Below are positions 47,275 through 59,730 of a stretch of DNA of 64,000 nucleotides, one piece after another. This DNA is from Massalongia carnosa (Eukaryota), in the NCBI GenBank assembly GCA_965645245.1, contig OZ287067.1, positions 992,001-1,056,000 of the forward strand, written 5' to 3'. Position 1 is the stretch's first letter, and each line of letters starts with the position of its first letter. A program made the translations under genes and the position numbers. The notes under the pieces are model-generated. The model worked only from the letters and a program-made list of their open reading frames with translations, ran no database searches and had not been told where the DNA came from.

Positions 47275-48402
47275 CTAAACTTTTCTCGACTTTCGAGATG
47301 ATGCTCTACATTTCGAACGTTTGTGATCTTTCTTGTTACAGTTTCAACATGTAAATTTAGAGATATCGAAATTTTCATTTCGTGATCTCTTGAAATTAGA
47401 TGACGTAACAAGAGCTTGCGTGATGTCAGCATTTTTAGGCTCATTAGATTTGAAAGAGATAATAGTTCTCGTATAAATGAAGGATCGCCGAGCATACGAC
47501 GATCGTGAGAAATTCTCTTTCTTTTCAGAACGCGATTGAGTCCTGATGAATGAGATGCGAAGAAAGTCGAGTTTCGATTTCACTCGCTCGATCACTCGTG
47601 CTGCTTCGATCAGCTTCACACGATTCTTGTTCTGAAAGTTGACGCGAATGATAACTTTCTGCAGATAGTCGTGTAGGAAATGTAGAAGGTTATTATGTTT
47701 TTGCATTTTCGAAGATCTTTCTGACAGTTGATCTTCGAGGCTTTTCAAATAGAAGATCAATTTCGACACGATTTGATCTGAACGTTGTTTGAGTTTTTTC
47801 AACTGTTCGTCAATATTTAATAGTCGAAGGTGCTTTGATTTCAATTTCTTCTGTAAGAAATCAGTCATATGTTTTCAGATATAAAAGAAATTATTTGAAG
47901 CTGATCTTTCGCGATGTCAATCATTCGCTGAAGTTTCGTCGATGAAGTTCTCGACATATAGAATCTTCGCTCTATCAGCAGCATAAGTAATAAGTTTAAT
48001 ATCGAATGTTCGTTGACATTCTCTAATAAATGTCTCGTAGTTCTTTTGATTAGTACTCGTGTAAAGCTTTGAATCAGCAACTTTGAAAGACTTTTCGAGA
48101 CTAAGAGAATCTATTTCCTTTGATCTAATAGACATTGTCATGATAGACGATTCTGTTGAAAACTCAGCGTCTCTATCGACTCTGATCTTTTCGAGGATTG
48201 CGATCAATTGAGCTAGAACGCGTTGCTCATTGGTTTCCTTCAACTTCTTTCGCATTTTTTTCATAACTGTGAGTTCTCGATCATTAGACGGCGATTCGCC
48301 GGCGAAACGCGTAGCGAAAGAATCATATAACTCGTCAGCTTCCTCAGATTGAGTAACAGAATTACCTCTGATAACTGCAGCAGGACGTTCGCGTGATGTC
48401 AT
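47275..48402 (-). pseudogene. gag: Gag of F (RIP-degenerate)
   Basis: Gag-like ORF pieces 47917-48402 and 47344-47868 ending at a knuckle remnant (FTC*NCNKKDH). Confidence 0.85.
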
Positions 48403-48443
48403 TTCGTAATCGGATCGTTCTTCAATTTAAAGACTGATCAATA

Positions 48444-48742
48444 TGTGAGGACTGAATACGAACAGTGTGACTATATGACGTCTATGTAGCTGTTGCTGGG
48501 CAATAGCAAGGCAGTCACTGAGGAAAAGCAGTGTAGGAGGATGGATCAAGTAGATTGATCAGTGGCCTTCGAAAGAGGTGGGCGATAGGTCCTTTATCCT
48601 ATAGCCTCACCTCGATCAGGCCACGTCTATCATACTAGTTACCACTACATGATAGGCTCGGTTGAGGCCCCCCCATGGACGCTATCCCGCGCGCATCCCT
48701 TGCATGGAGTGAGCGGTTGTTATATGAAGACCTGTCCTGACA
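48444..48742 (-). repeat. 5' LTR of F
   Basis: Matches 32155-32195 + 38882-39056 + 41444-41526 after removing A2 and G. Confidence 0.95.
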
Positions 48743-48747
48743 AGAAC

Positions 48748-51300
48748 TGATTTGAATGCTGATATCGAATTCAAAGACTGCGACGTGATTCAGCTGCATG
48801 ATAATCTTGACTTCTTCAGATGCTCTTATTGCAGTCATTTCACAAACTGAAATAGCGTGCGCGAGATCGTTCTTGCTTTCGAAGAGATCGTGTTATGTTC
48901 TGAATGCGCATCGAGAGTAAAAGAACGACGAAAAAGAAAAGAAAGAACGAACATTCACGTTGAACATTTGCGATTCAATATTGTTTTTTATCACGATATT
49001 GACGATCTTCTGAACGAGACGAAAGCGAGAATCATCGATAAAGACGCGGACTCAACGTCTGAAATCCTATTAATCATTGATACATCATTGATCATCGACG
49101 ACTCGAGATATGAGTTCAAGAACAAGCTGATTCCCGCGATACGTCGAAATGATGAGAAGATGATATACGTCAACAACAATTCTTTCTCGAAAGCATTTTT
49201 CAAGCTCGTGATCGATTACATATTCGAAATAAACTGCGATTACTGAGTGCGAGAACTTGTCGCACGCGAATCTTTCTTGCGAGAAAACGAGACGAGACAC
49301 AGTTCTCAACGACTCTTCTGTGACTTCGACTTTCAGTCAAAAGCGAAGACTGTTGATGAAATGATCAAAGAGACTGAGCTTAAACTGATCTTCATTGATG
49401 ATTATTCCGATGTGCAGTTCAGGATCAGAATGAAGAAAGAAGTGAGAGAAGACTTGAGTTCTTTTCTACCTTCGAACTGACTTTCGACGTCCTCGCTTAT
49501 GTGTGTTTTATCGCTTTTCGAATGAGGCGAATCTACGACAGTTCTACACAGTAAGCATACGGAATTCGATATGAATGACGTCGAAAAGAGAATGAAGATG
49601 CTGAACGAGCCTGTATGATCAATCGAACGAAAACATACTCGCATAATCATTTCGCACAATTTCAGCGATCATTGAATCTTGATCGTGATGAATGTTCCGC
49701 TTCGAATTATAAGTTATTACAGTTCACTGTCTGAATATCATCTGAGCGATTGTTGTGAATTTGTAGAGGCGCAAATGAAGCGGGTCGATGAGAAACTCGA
49801 TCAAGAGTATTCCGATTGAAATCCTCTTCTTGAAGGCGTAAATACACTTTCTTCTTTCACAAGTTCAGTTAGCTTATGACTTTATAGAGTTCATATCAAC
49901 AGACGAATGACTCGAACTGTGGAATATATCTTTTGAAGAATGCGAGACGTTTCAGTCAAGGCGAGGTCGTCAACGGAGCGTCAATCGAGGCGGATAGCTT
50001 AAGGGTTTTTTATGTCGAATTATTACTAGCGAGGTCTCTTCACGAAGCTGACGAGTAGACGATGCTGAAGAGCGTGCTATATTCGGAAATCTCAAGATCA
50101 TGACAGGTTGATACTGCGCTTCGCTTCTACGTATTCAATCTCGACTCTACACGAGCGAAACGGAGGAAATTGCAGATTGAAGAGGTCGAAGCTCAAACTA
50201 CTCGCGTTGATAAAGACGACTCTGATGAGAATGAAGATAGCGCTCGACGACTGAATCTCGCGATCATAAAGATCAACATCTCAATTCTCTTCAAGTCGTT
50301 CTCGTCGTGCTCATGAATGAAATACTTAGAGCGCTTCGTCAACTGTCATCTTCAAAGAAGCAAAGTCTCAGTGAGATATACGCGGGCTTCTAGTCTTCTC
50401 GAAATGATGACGGCGTTTGCTTGTCTCGAACATTTTGTCGCCTTAAAGGGCGCTGTCGCTCACTACCGCGTGCTAGCATCAGAAGAAGTTATTCAGGCAT
50501 CACTTGACCTATCAAGTCATCTGTACACGGTAGGCGTTTGAACAGAACGTCTCGGGCTAATCAACGTCATCCTTCAACGCTGCGTGCGTGCTTATTTTAT
50601 CTCACTAATCGATGAAGGGACACACCTTTTTCAAGATCGAGCTGAGCACATGATGATTCAGAACGGCTGTGCAGTAATCAGATCCGTCAAAGCTACGATG
50701 ATCAAAATATATTCAAAGATGAAAGAATGAAACTCATTCTCCGATTCTGTCGAGAGATTCGCGTTTTCGAAAGTTCAGCGCAATCTGAGAAGGTGAAGAC
50801 ATGAGAGAGTTATTTGATCTTCAATTCAAAATCGATTCTTCTCTCTCTCTCTTCTCGCTCTGATGTCGCATCATGTTCGAATACTGCCTGCTTCTCAGAG
50901 CATTTCGGGATTTTCGTAAGTGTTGACGATGAGGTTTGATCGACATCGACTGATCTGCGATAGCTTTCAAATCGAAATTTCACGTGACGCTCGAGCTCTC
51001 TTTGTTGAAGCTCTCGTCGAGCTTCGCCCACATCTATGAAGCTATGTATCTAAGCTGACACATCTCTTCGATATCCTATCTAGCTCAAGCAAGCTGAAGA
51101 CCCGTCAATTCAAGATAGAACTGATCATCGACGATGATATTCGAAGTGTCGCTCCGGGTTCAACACTGCTGATAAATGCTTTCGATTACGTGAACGAAGG
51201 AAAGAACGAGCTACTCTCTATATCAGTGATATAACTAAGTCTCTATTGATAGCATTTCAATCTTAGCACAGCTAGATTCCCTGCATTCAGAAAGAAAGAT
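48748..51300 (+). pseudogene. Sirtuin 3' part fused in frame to a Ulp1/C48 peptidase-like domain plus further C-terminal sequence, RIP-degenerate
   Basis: VIQLHDNL..CSYC..CSEC..LRFNIVFY..LLIIDTSL..IYVNN; same frame (TGA at W sites) continues LPSN*LST..SDH*ILIV..YYSSL; after an intron, QQTNDSNCGIYLL; 3' end approximate. Confidence 0.75.
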
Positions 51301-53205
51301 CAATGCGATCAAGCTTCCCGTGAGCGATTTGCGAGTGTCAAACCACTTAGTCCCGGAAAAGAAGGATTTTGCGATTAAGACCTAAATGTTCTAAGAACAG
51401 GCGATCCTCAAGCCATTTGAGATGAAAGCCCTGCCACGTTGAAGGAATCGCATCCGAATTTGACTCCCATTCAGATGTGACTCTTGACTCTGATTTCAAA
51501 AGTCCCATCGCTCTTTCTGTTTCAATGTCTCATTGAGTTGTTTATCAAAATGTTGTGATGAATCGCGGAGATCTTATATTTAATTTTCAAGTTTTCAGAA
51601 TCAGTGTCAAGAGTTAATATATATATAGTGAAGTGACAACGTAGACACGGCTATGAAGTTGTCCAAGTTCAAGAGGATGTTCCAGAACATACCTGAATGT
51701 CGAACCATACTCATACGCTGCCTCTCGGGCGCCAATTTGTTCGCACTGCGGCGGGCGGTCGACTTCTGACTATCGAATAGAAAAAAGAGAGCACATCTGA
51801 GCTTGCTATGAGACGTGTTCGAGCACATGAAATGAAGTGAGGACATGAGAGAGATCACCATGATGAAACGAGGCCTTGACTTCCGCAGAGTTGAAGCACT
51901 CATGCGAGAATCTGCTATCATGCACTCGAAAAAAGTGATCCCTTTTATAATTATGATTCGACCATCTTTCGATTACGAGAACCTCGTTCCCTGAAGCAAG
52001 CAGGCCTTGTTGAGTATAACGCGTTCTACTAAAATGACGATCACGAAAGCGGCTGAACGTTCAAGCTTTTGAGATACGACGCTCATTGTCATCATTGAAG
52101 GGCTCGCAGCTGGTGACGAGATATTCATTTCAATTACGACTTTGACACAAGAGGCACCTCAAAGTCAGCTAGGTCATGCTATCATCGACAGAGCTGCTGT
52201 CATGTCTATCTTTCAGCCTGTGCTTAACGATGCTACTCGAATCGCAATCGTGAAAGTAGAATTGAACTCTGTTAGATACGAGACGAGTAATGTCGCAGCC
52301 TACAAGACTAACGATACTTTCAGCATATGCATGTTTGGATTTCAGTACATGATCAACGTCTCACTTATACACAAAACATCTTCAGAAGGATCAAGATGCG
52401 ATTGACCTGATAGTCCTCAGGTTGTCACGCGAGTGATCAATATCTACTCATCTAAAGAGCCAGACTCGGTTCATGCTTCTTGACAAAGGAGGAATGCACT
52501 TCAAGGATGGTAAGCATCTTTTCTGATATCGCATCATTTGCAAGAAGGGTGTATTGCAAAGGTGTTTTGCAATTTTCCTGTGAGAAGATGGGTGACGACG
52601 CCTAGCCTTTTGGGTAGTTCCTTAGCTATGCTTGACTTAGAATTCTATTCGCCGCTATACAGTTCTTCTCTATTTCTTTGCTGGTTGGCAATATCGCCGT
52701 CTCCTGCAATCCTACTTCTCCACCTACTGTCACCCTGCTCCAATTCTGGCGCCCTGCTCCAGTCCTGGCTCCCTGCTTCAACTCAGGAACCTTGCCCTTC
52801 AATTCCCGCTTCCATTTGGCACAGCGGATTGGAGCGGTTCGCTGCCTGATTCCGCCTCTCCTAGGAAGTTTGTCCCAGGAGGATTCTCCTGGGCTGAAGA
52901 GGCATCCAGGATGAGCCGGTATTGGGTCAAGCGGTGTTAATGGTCCTGGGAAAATCGGCTCAGGACAGATCTCCTAGGACATCAACCAATTCTGGCACCT
53001 AGCTCCAATTCTGGACCCCCTGATAAATGAGCCAGTATTGGATCCGGATGATTCAATGTTATTTAAAGCTCTTGGAACAATTGACTTAGGAGACTTTCCC
53101 CAGGGAACACGGTGGCAGTCGGTGAGCTCTTATCACCATCAGGAACAATCCATAAGGCTTACGTCCCTTCTACTCTGATCCTTAATCGCATCGATTTATT
53201 TCAGC

Positions 53206-56200
53206 ATGGAAGAATACGCGAACGAAGAGGAAGCCTCTGACGGTGAAGTCTACAGGAAGATACGCAACTGTCAGTCCCAAAAGCAGTCCAGTTTGGAAAT
53301 GCGATGGTGGACTCTTCTCTCTCCACATAGGGCCAGGAATTTAAAACAACTACTTCGGCACAGGGAATTCACCCTTGCCTTTGATGCTTTCTTGGAGATA
53401 TCTGCGCTCTTAACAGGGATGAGACTTAGTACCCTACATAAGATATTCGCGATTAGATGCGATGAGGTAAATGTTTCGTCGTCGATCGTATGAATGCGCT
53501 CATCGATTGCTAGGAAATCATACATTACCTTCAATACATCAAGCAATTCTGATCTGACCTGCTTCAGCAAGACAAGATCGCGATGATCAAGATAGATCAA
53601 GTCATCGTGGAAGCGTTACAGTTCATCGCGTCATGACAATCAACACTAGATGCTCAAAATCTACGTGATAAAATGCTGAGCGAGGAAATCTTTGACAATT
53701 TTAGTCAACATGAACGCGAGGGAATCTGGATTAGGCTACAGTTCTTTAAAGGTCTGATTCCTTCTCTGTTCGAGTTCTTTGAGAACGCTAAATGCCTTGA
53801 GGCATGAGTCGACTGTGTAAAATGACTGATATGCCTAGGTCCTCGGGAAACGCTGTCCACGGCAATGAAGAAGATCTATACTGATATAAATCAGAGCGTA
53901 GACTCGACTCTGATGCAGGAAAATGAGACAACGTTCGAGTCTATGTCAGCAAACTTCACTCGTCGAATTGATCTAGAATATCGACAACTACACGCCTTTG
54001 CTATGCGTTATCACTGCGAAATTCTCAGAAAGCCTAGCGGGAAGGATCTTTTGACAAAGTCAAGGGTCAGGTTAAACACAATGAGGTTGCGTCAGATGAC
54101 TGATCTTGTCAATCATTTGAGATTCGAGTCGTTCGAGATCATCGTCTTAACGCAGTTTTCAAAGTCAACAGATCCAATGATAGTAAGAGAAAATGAAAAG
54201 CCTGCGATAGTCACGAATGATTCAGGGAAGATTAGAAAGGACAGATGTGAAATGCCACATACTCAAAATTACGAAGAGGATCGCAAATTTCTATTCATCA
54301 CACATTTACATGACGATAGAGATGAACAATTCGAGGAAATCACGTTCTACTTCAGGCTAAGATTCACGTACTTGAAGTTTTATGAGATGTCGAACGGCTT
54401 CAATTCACAACAGAATCTCACTACAGCGACAGGAGAATTATTATCCTCAGCTTTTCGTCTGACTCGATCGACTTATTCGCCAAGAGAAGATCAGGCACGA
54501 GAGGCTGAGCATATGAAGGTGGACGGGGAATCAACAGAAGACACAGTGATGCAGGATGGAGAGGGAGAAGGAGAGGAAGAGGAACAAAGACCTCCATTCC
54601 AAGCAGAAGGTACTTTTGCACAAGAACCAACGATGCAGCGACAAAAGCTCTTGTCTGAAGCAAGCGTGCTTGGAAAAAAGGAGTATGAGCAAGAGCAATA
54701 TCGGCAGAAGCTTGTGGAGGACGCAAATGCTCTCGTGGAAGAGGATCAAAGACTGGAACAAAAACGACAAAAGCTCTTGTCCGACGCAAGCACACTTGAA
54801 AAACAGGAGCAAGAGCAAGAACTTCATCGGCAGCAACTCGTATGGGATGCAGGTACAATCAGAGAACAAGAGCAGGAGCAAGGGCAGCGACGACAAAAGC
54901 TCTTGTCTCATACAAACATACTTGAAAAGCAAGGACAAGAACAAGAGCAGTACCTGCAGAAGCTTTTAAGAGATACAAGCGCGTTCGGAGAACAGGATCA
55001 GGAAAAGGAACAACAACGTCAAAAACTCTTGTCCGATGTAAGCACGCTTGAAAAGGAAGAGCAAGAGCAAGAGCAATACCAGCAGAGGCTTATAAGGGAC
55101 GCAATCGCACTCAAAGAACAAGAGCAAGAACAAGAGCGACGAAGACAAAAGCTCATCTCAGACGAAAGCGCGCTAAAAGAAGGCGAGCAAGAGCAAGAAC
55201 AAATGTATCAAAAGCTTACGAGGGACGCCAGTGCCCTTAGAGAGCAAGAGCAAAAGCGAGAGAAACAACGTCAAACTCTTGCGAGAGAAGAAAAAGAGCT
55301 ATTGAATCGAAAACAAAGGCAGAAGGAACAACGAGAAACACTCGCAGCGGACGCAAGCAAGCTAGTTTTACAAGAGAAAAAGCAGGAGGAACGAAGAAAC
55401 ATTCTCGCAGCCGTCGCGGATGAGCTCGTGAATCAAGAGCAAAGGCAAAAAGAACAGCGACAAAAGCTTGCGGAGTACGCAAGTCATCTTGAGAAACAAG
55501 AACTGAGGCAAAAAGAACAACGAAAAAAGCTTACGACAGACACTAGCGAGCTGCACAAACAAGAGAAACGCCTTAAGAAGTTAAAGAAGGATAAATTGAA
55601 GCAGAAACGAGAGCAAAAGAGCGTGAAGTCAAAGATATTGAGGAGTAAGCCGAATGAGTCAGGAACAATTCAGGAGCGAGACGAGCGAGACGTGATGAAG
55701 CTACAAAGACAAGGTCAAGAAGAACTGACAGATCTTAAACTGCCATCTTCCTTAAAGCTCGAGTATGAAGGAATAGATGTCGATCGAAGTGTACCTGAAG
55801 TACGAGCGCAGAACTATTCAATGGATGCAGTCCAGAAAAGTGATACTAAAGTGAGTGTTTCAGCACTCAAAGGTAAAAACAGTCCGGCACAAGAGCACGA
55901 ATCACAACGAGATAGAGCACAAGTGAAGGGCCAAAAGGAGAGGCTAATCGAGGAAGCCCATGAGCCTGAGGCTCAAGAGAGGGGCCAAAAGCATGAAGTG
56001 CAAGAGCGGAGGCATGAGCATCAAACGCAAGAGAACGAGCAAGAAGATAGAGCCCACGAGGATGAAGCATGTGAGGATGCAGCACATAATGATAAGGTCC
56101 AACGCGGTAGGCAAGCGGACGAAGCCCAAGAGGTTATGCAGGAGGATAAGGCACATGGGAAAGGGCAAGATGGTGGTGCGCAAGAGGATAAAGTACGAGA

Positions 56201-56546
56201 GTATCGACAAAGGAAGCGCCGACTGATGACTGAAGAGAGTGACGATGGTGCAGCACTTCGAGCACAACAGGTACGGGAAGGGCGAAAACCTGTGGAAAAG
56301 GGCAAGTATCAACGGCTTAACAGATTTGGGTTATCGAACTATAATACGAACGAGGAAGATGGAATGTCAATGGATGACACTGAAGAGAGGGTGTCTACTA
56401 TCATGCCAAGGAAAAAGCAGCCAAGGCAGGGTCTGCAGGCACAGAAAAGGGCTGGAGCAATGTCGGCCGAAAAGTTGGACGGTTCAACGGGGCTTACTTC
56501 TGAGTTTACTTATGAAGCCCCACAAGCGCCATCTCGCACTACATAA
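53206..56546 (+). pseudogene. DUF3723-family gene with a long coiled-coil repeat region, partly RIP-damaged
   Basis: EEYANEEEASDGEVYRKIR..RWW..LHK..RCDE and LIPSLFEFFEN motifs; intron from 53467; TGA at W positions near 53634, 53805, 53823; 893-aa ORF downstream. Confidence 0.8.
54630..55570 (+). repeat. Coding tandem repeat, ~63 bp / 21 aa (QKLLSDASTLEKQEQEQE..)
   Basis: More than a dozen imperfect units visible in the 893-aa translation. Confidence 0.85.
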
Positions 56547-56910
56547 TTTGCAATATCAAATGGGATGAGGCATGTTATGAATCTTCTTTATATCGCAAAT
56601 ACCTCGCGATCACGCCTTCGATGACTGTCTATTCTCAGCTGTAAATGAGCAGACTGCAATACCCGATCAACTCTCCAGCTACTCCGAAAAAGAAAAGGGG
56701 ACATCTCAACATATCCGGATATAGCCAAAGTCGTGCAGCTTCTAGTAGAACAATGAGATTCAAATGGTTTTAGCTTGAATTGATATATCTCGATTGCGAA
56801 AGAGGACTATCTAATTAGATGCAAGATGGCATGAACATAATAACTCTCTCTTCGGACGATCCAACGCTGCTGCCCCGCAGCTCGTAGTTTCAAGGCTTTG
56901 GTCCTTTTCG

Positions 56911-57407
56911 CTACTGCGGCTGCATATACACCATCGGTGGCTGCTGCTCTGGAGCAACGTGATTCTTGTCTTTCTCTTCCGCCTTCACCTCCTTATCCTC
57001 CTGTACTAGGGCGCAGCAACCACAAAATCCGGAAATAAGGCAGTCGGTGCAGCCGTTGCCCTTAATGCCATATTGGTGGCGCAACTTGCTCCGGCTGATC
57101 ATTTGGCTTATCCATTGAAATTGGCAAAGTGAGAGGGTGCACCAGCCCATACACTTAAAGCAGGAGTTAGAAGGGTATGATTCGTAAAGTGTAAGAAAAT
57201 GAATCATACCCTGCCGTTACAACACGAGGCTTCGGGGTCGCCATCCCTACGAGCCTGTGTTTTACCATAAAGAATACATGGGCACCAGGTAGCGAGGCAG
57301 CCTAATGTTTCTATGTTAGAGTACTATATTTTCGATAAAGTTAGGGTCTCACATGTGCCGATAGGATCGAAGCAGCCAAATAGCTTATGGTTCCATGACT
57401 TCGACAT
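56911..57407 (-). CDS. PLAC8-family Cys-rich protein, 3 exons (57407-57353, 57301-57210, 57153-56911)
   Basis: MSKSWNHKLFGCFDPIGTCCLATWCPCILYGKT...RSKLRHQYGIKGNGCTDCLISGFCGCCALVQEDKEV; canonical splice sites; intact. Confidence 0.9.
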
Positions 57408-58023
57408 CGCTGATAATTCGATCGGTATTGCTTTAGAAATCACGGAAAATAAATCACTTAAAATGTTTAGAAAAGATTGAAAACCAAAATTCAGTCAAAT
57501 CAGAGAGGGATCAAATATATAGATCCAGTATATGTCTCAATTCCTAGCTCCTGCTCTCCAGTTCTGGCTTATCGCTCCAATTCTGGCTCCCGTGCATCAG
57601 AAATGGCTCCTTTGTTCCAGAATCGGCTCCATGGTGTCCAACAGGGCTCTCTGCTCCAAAAGTTGATCCCTTGCTCTAGGTTTAACGCCCCACACTTGGT
57701 TATGTACTGTTCAATGACTGACATTCCGCGCAACTAGCTGGCTATAACATTGCATTCCAGAGATATATGTAGAAGTCATGAGCCAACGACAACATTGAAG
57801 ATAATACTTAGGTTAGCTCGACATGATATCGAGAATGCAAATCTTTGCTTTCACCTAGCGTCAACAATTTGGCTTCTAGTTCGTTAAGTCTTTGCAATTG
57901 TATTTTAAGCCGTTCTGATAGCTTATTGACTTAAACCATCGGCGTATGCTGGAGGAGGATCGAAGATATTGTACTCTATTGCAAGGCAATAAGCCATGGC
58001 AATCCAGTGATAGCCGGTAGGTT

Positions 58024-58900
58024 TTAACTTTTTTTAAAAAATTTGAGGGCATTGAGCCGGTGGAATGGACTTTCGTGGTCGTAAGTCACGAACGGAATAT
58101 CTAGCGGCATGGCGTTAGCCAACCCGATAATCATTTTTATGACCTTGAAGTGACAGTGTTCACGGCGCGATATCTTCTCTCGCAACGCAGCCAACCGAAG
58201 ACAACCCTCATTTGAAACAGCATCCAGAGGGTAGGATACTCGACTGAGATAAAAGGTAATCTCTGACATAATCTCGGTTTGTCTCCTTACGTACGCAGCG
58301 CGGCTGTCACGCATCCGGGCAAAATCTGATTTGGTCATGGAGTAAAGGATGAAGACCTCCAGAACGGTGCGAATATATGAGAACTCATCCTCGCTTTCGG
58401 AAATGCATATCTTATTCGTAAGGAGCGTGATGGTGGATCGGTCAAGATGGAGCGCCATTTATCCACACTTTTGTCTTTACGCAGGAGAGAACGCCAAATC
58501 TGTCGGAATGCGGACATGGTCCGGGCTGTCTTATATGACTTCGTCGTAAGAGTGCTCTTATACCTGAAGGTTAGTCAGTATGACTAATTCTAGTATTCTT
58601 CGTACAGTAACCTTTTGCCGATGTTCTCTTTCGCGTATTGATCCCTATATAAGAACTCCAAATTTTTAAGGGGGCTATTTCTGGAGCACTCGTGTAAAAG
58701 TCATTGTTGGAGTACTGTCGAGAGTCGTGCGTACGTCGTTGATCGAGGTTGCCTTGGCAGATGATTTGCTGAAAAAAGCCAGAATTGGATGCTCGATGGT
58801 GTTGCTCTCGCTTTCACGTTATGCCCTGATCTTCTCTCACTTCCTTCTTCTCAAGTCCTTAAGAATTTCAATAAATTTCCGCCGCCACCTCTCCTGTCCC
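58024..58900 (-). CDS. Hypothetical multi-exon protein
   Basis: ORF 58024-58458 extends upstream; intron-like segment near 58567-58611; basic N-terminal region; start uncertain. Confidence 0.4.
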
Positions 58901-59522
58901 TCTTTTGTCTAATGTACGCGTTAATTCCACAGAACGGGCTAAAATATACTATTGGGGTGACTCAGGACACAGAATAAGACATGAACTGATTCTATTGCTA
59001 TAGACGTGTGCGTAAACAAGAATGATCTCTACCAATACAATCCCATACCTCAGCCGTCAAAACATCCAAACCCCAACCCTTATGCCCATACCTTGACGAT
59101 CGAATGACCGCTCAACACCCTAGTCCAATCGAATGCTAATCTAACTTATGAAAGGATCTCTCTGAAGTATATGGAGGAGCTCTTTCGTTTGTTTGGGGAG
59201 CCACAGTGAAAATTGCTTCCTCACTTCCCCGAATGGGCAGATCTGTAGTAGCGACATCGAGTGGCGATGGTTGAGACGGCTTATCGGAAAGCATGTCGTA
59301 GTCGTTAAAAAGGTGTGGGAATTTGCGGCGCAGTCATCTGCCCAACGGACTTTTAAAAGGCTGGGGAGGGCGTTGGTTGTAAGGCCTTGGTCGAATAATA
59401 ATGATAAGGCACATGTTTCTTGAGTCAATTTCACTATTATCTCAATCGACAGCTCTGACACCATTGCTATTATGAGCGGGACTTGCCAAAATATATAACG
59501 ACTCATGGGTGCCGGCAATTCT

Positions 59523-59590
59523 GGATGCCGCTAGTTGTGGATGTTGCCGGATGCCGCCAGTTGTGGATGCCGCCAGTTGTGGATGCCGCT
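59523..59590. repeat. 16-bp tandem repeat GGATGCCGCCAGTTGT
   Basis: About four imperfect copies, ~140 bp upstream of the MADS-box ATG. Confidence 0.85.
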
Positions 59591-59730
59591 ATCTGGTTCA
59601 CCTTTTAATAATGCAGACAATTCCGAAGTGCTTGACAATAGTCCTTAACTGTTGCATATCAAACCATCCTAGAGACATTGCACGAGGTTATCGACTTTCC
59701 TATCAGAAAGAGCAACAGTATTCAAAAAGC

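Larger units (their letters stand above)
32155..48742 (-). mobile_element. RIP-degenerate Ty3/gypsy chromovirus F, with A2 and G nested in its 3' LTR
   Basis: LTRs 32155-41526 (interrupted) and 48444-48742 (299 bp); 5-bp TSD AGAAC; PPT complement CCCTTCTCCT after 41526; degenerate gag/pol on the minus strand. Confidence 0.95.

Noticed and set aside
51600..52480. Additional RIP-damaged ORF fragments
   Set aside because: Probably coding remnants, but no recognisable motif or reliable boundaries
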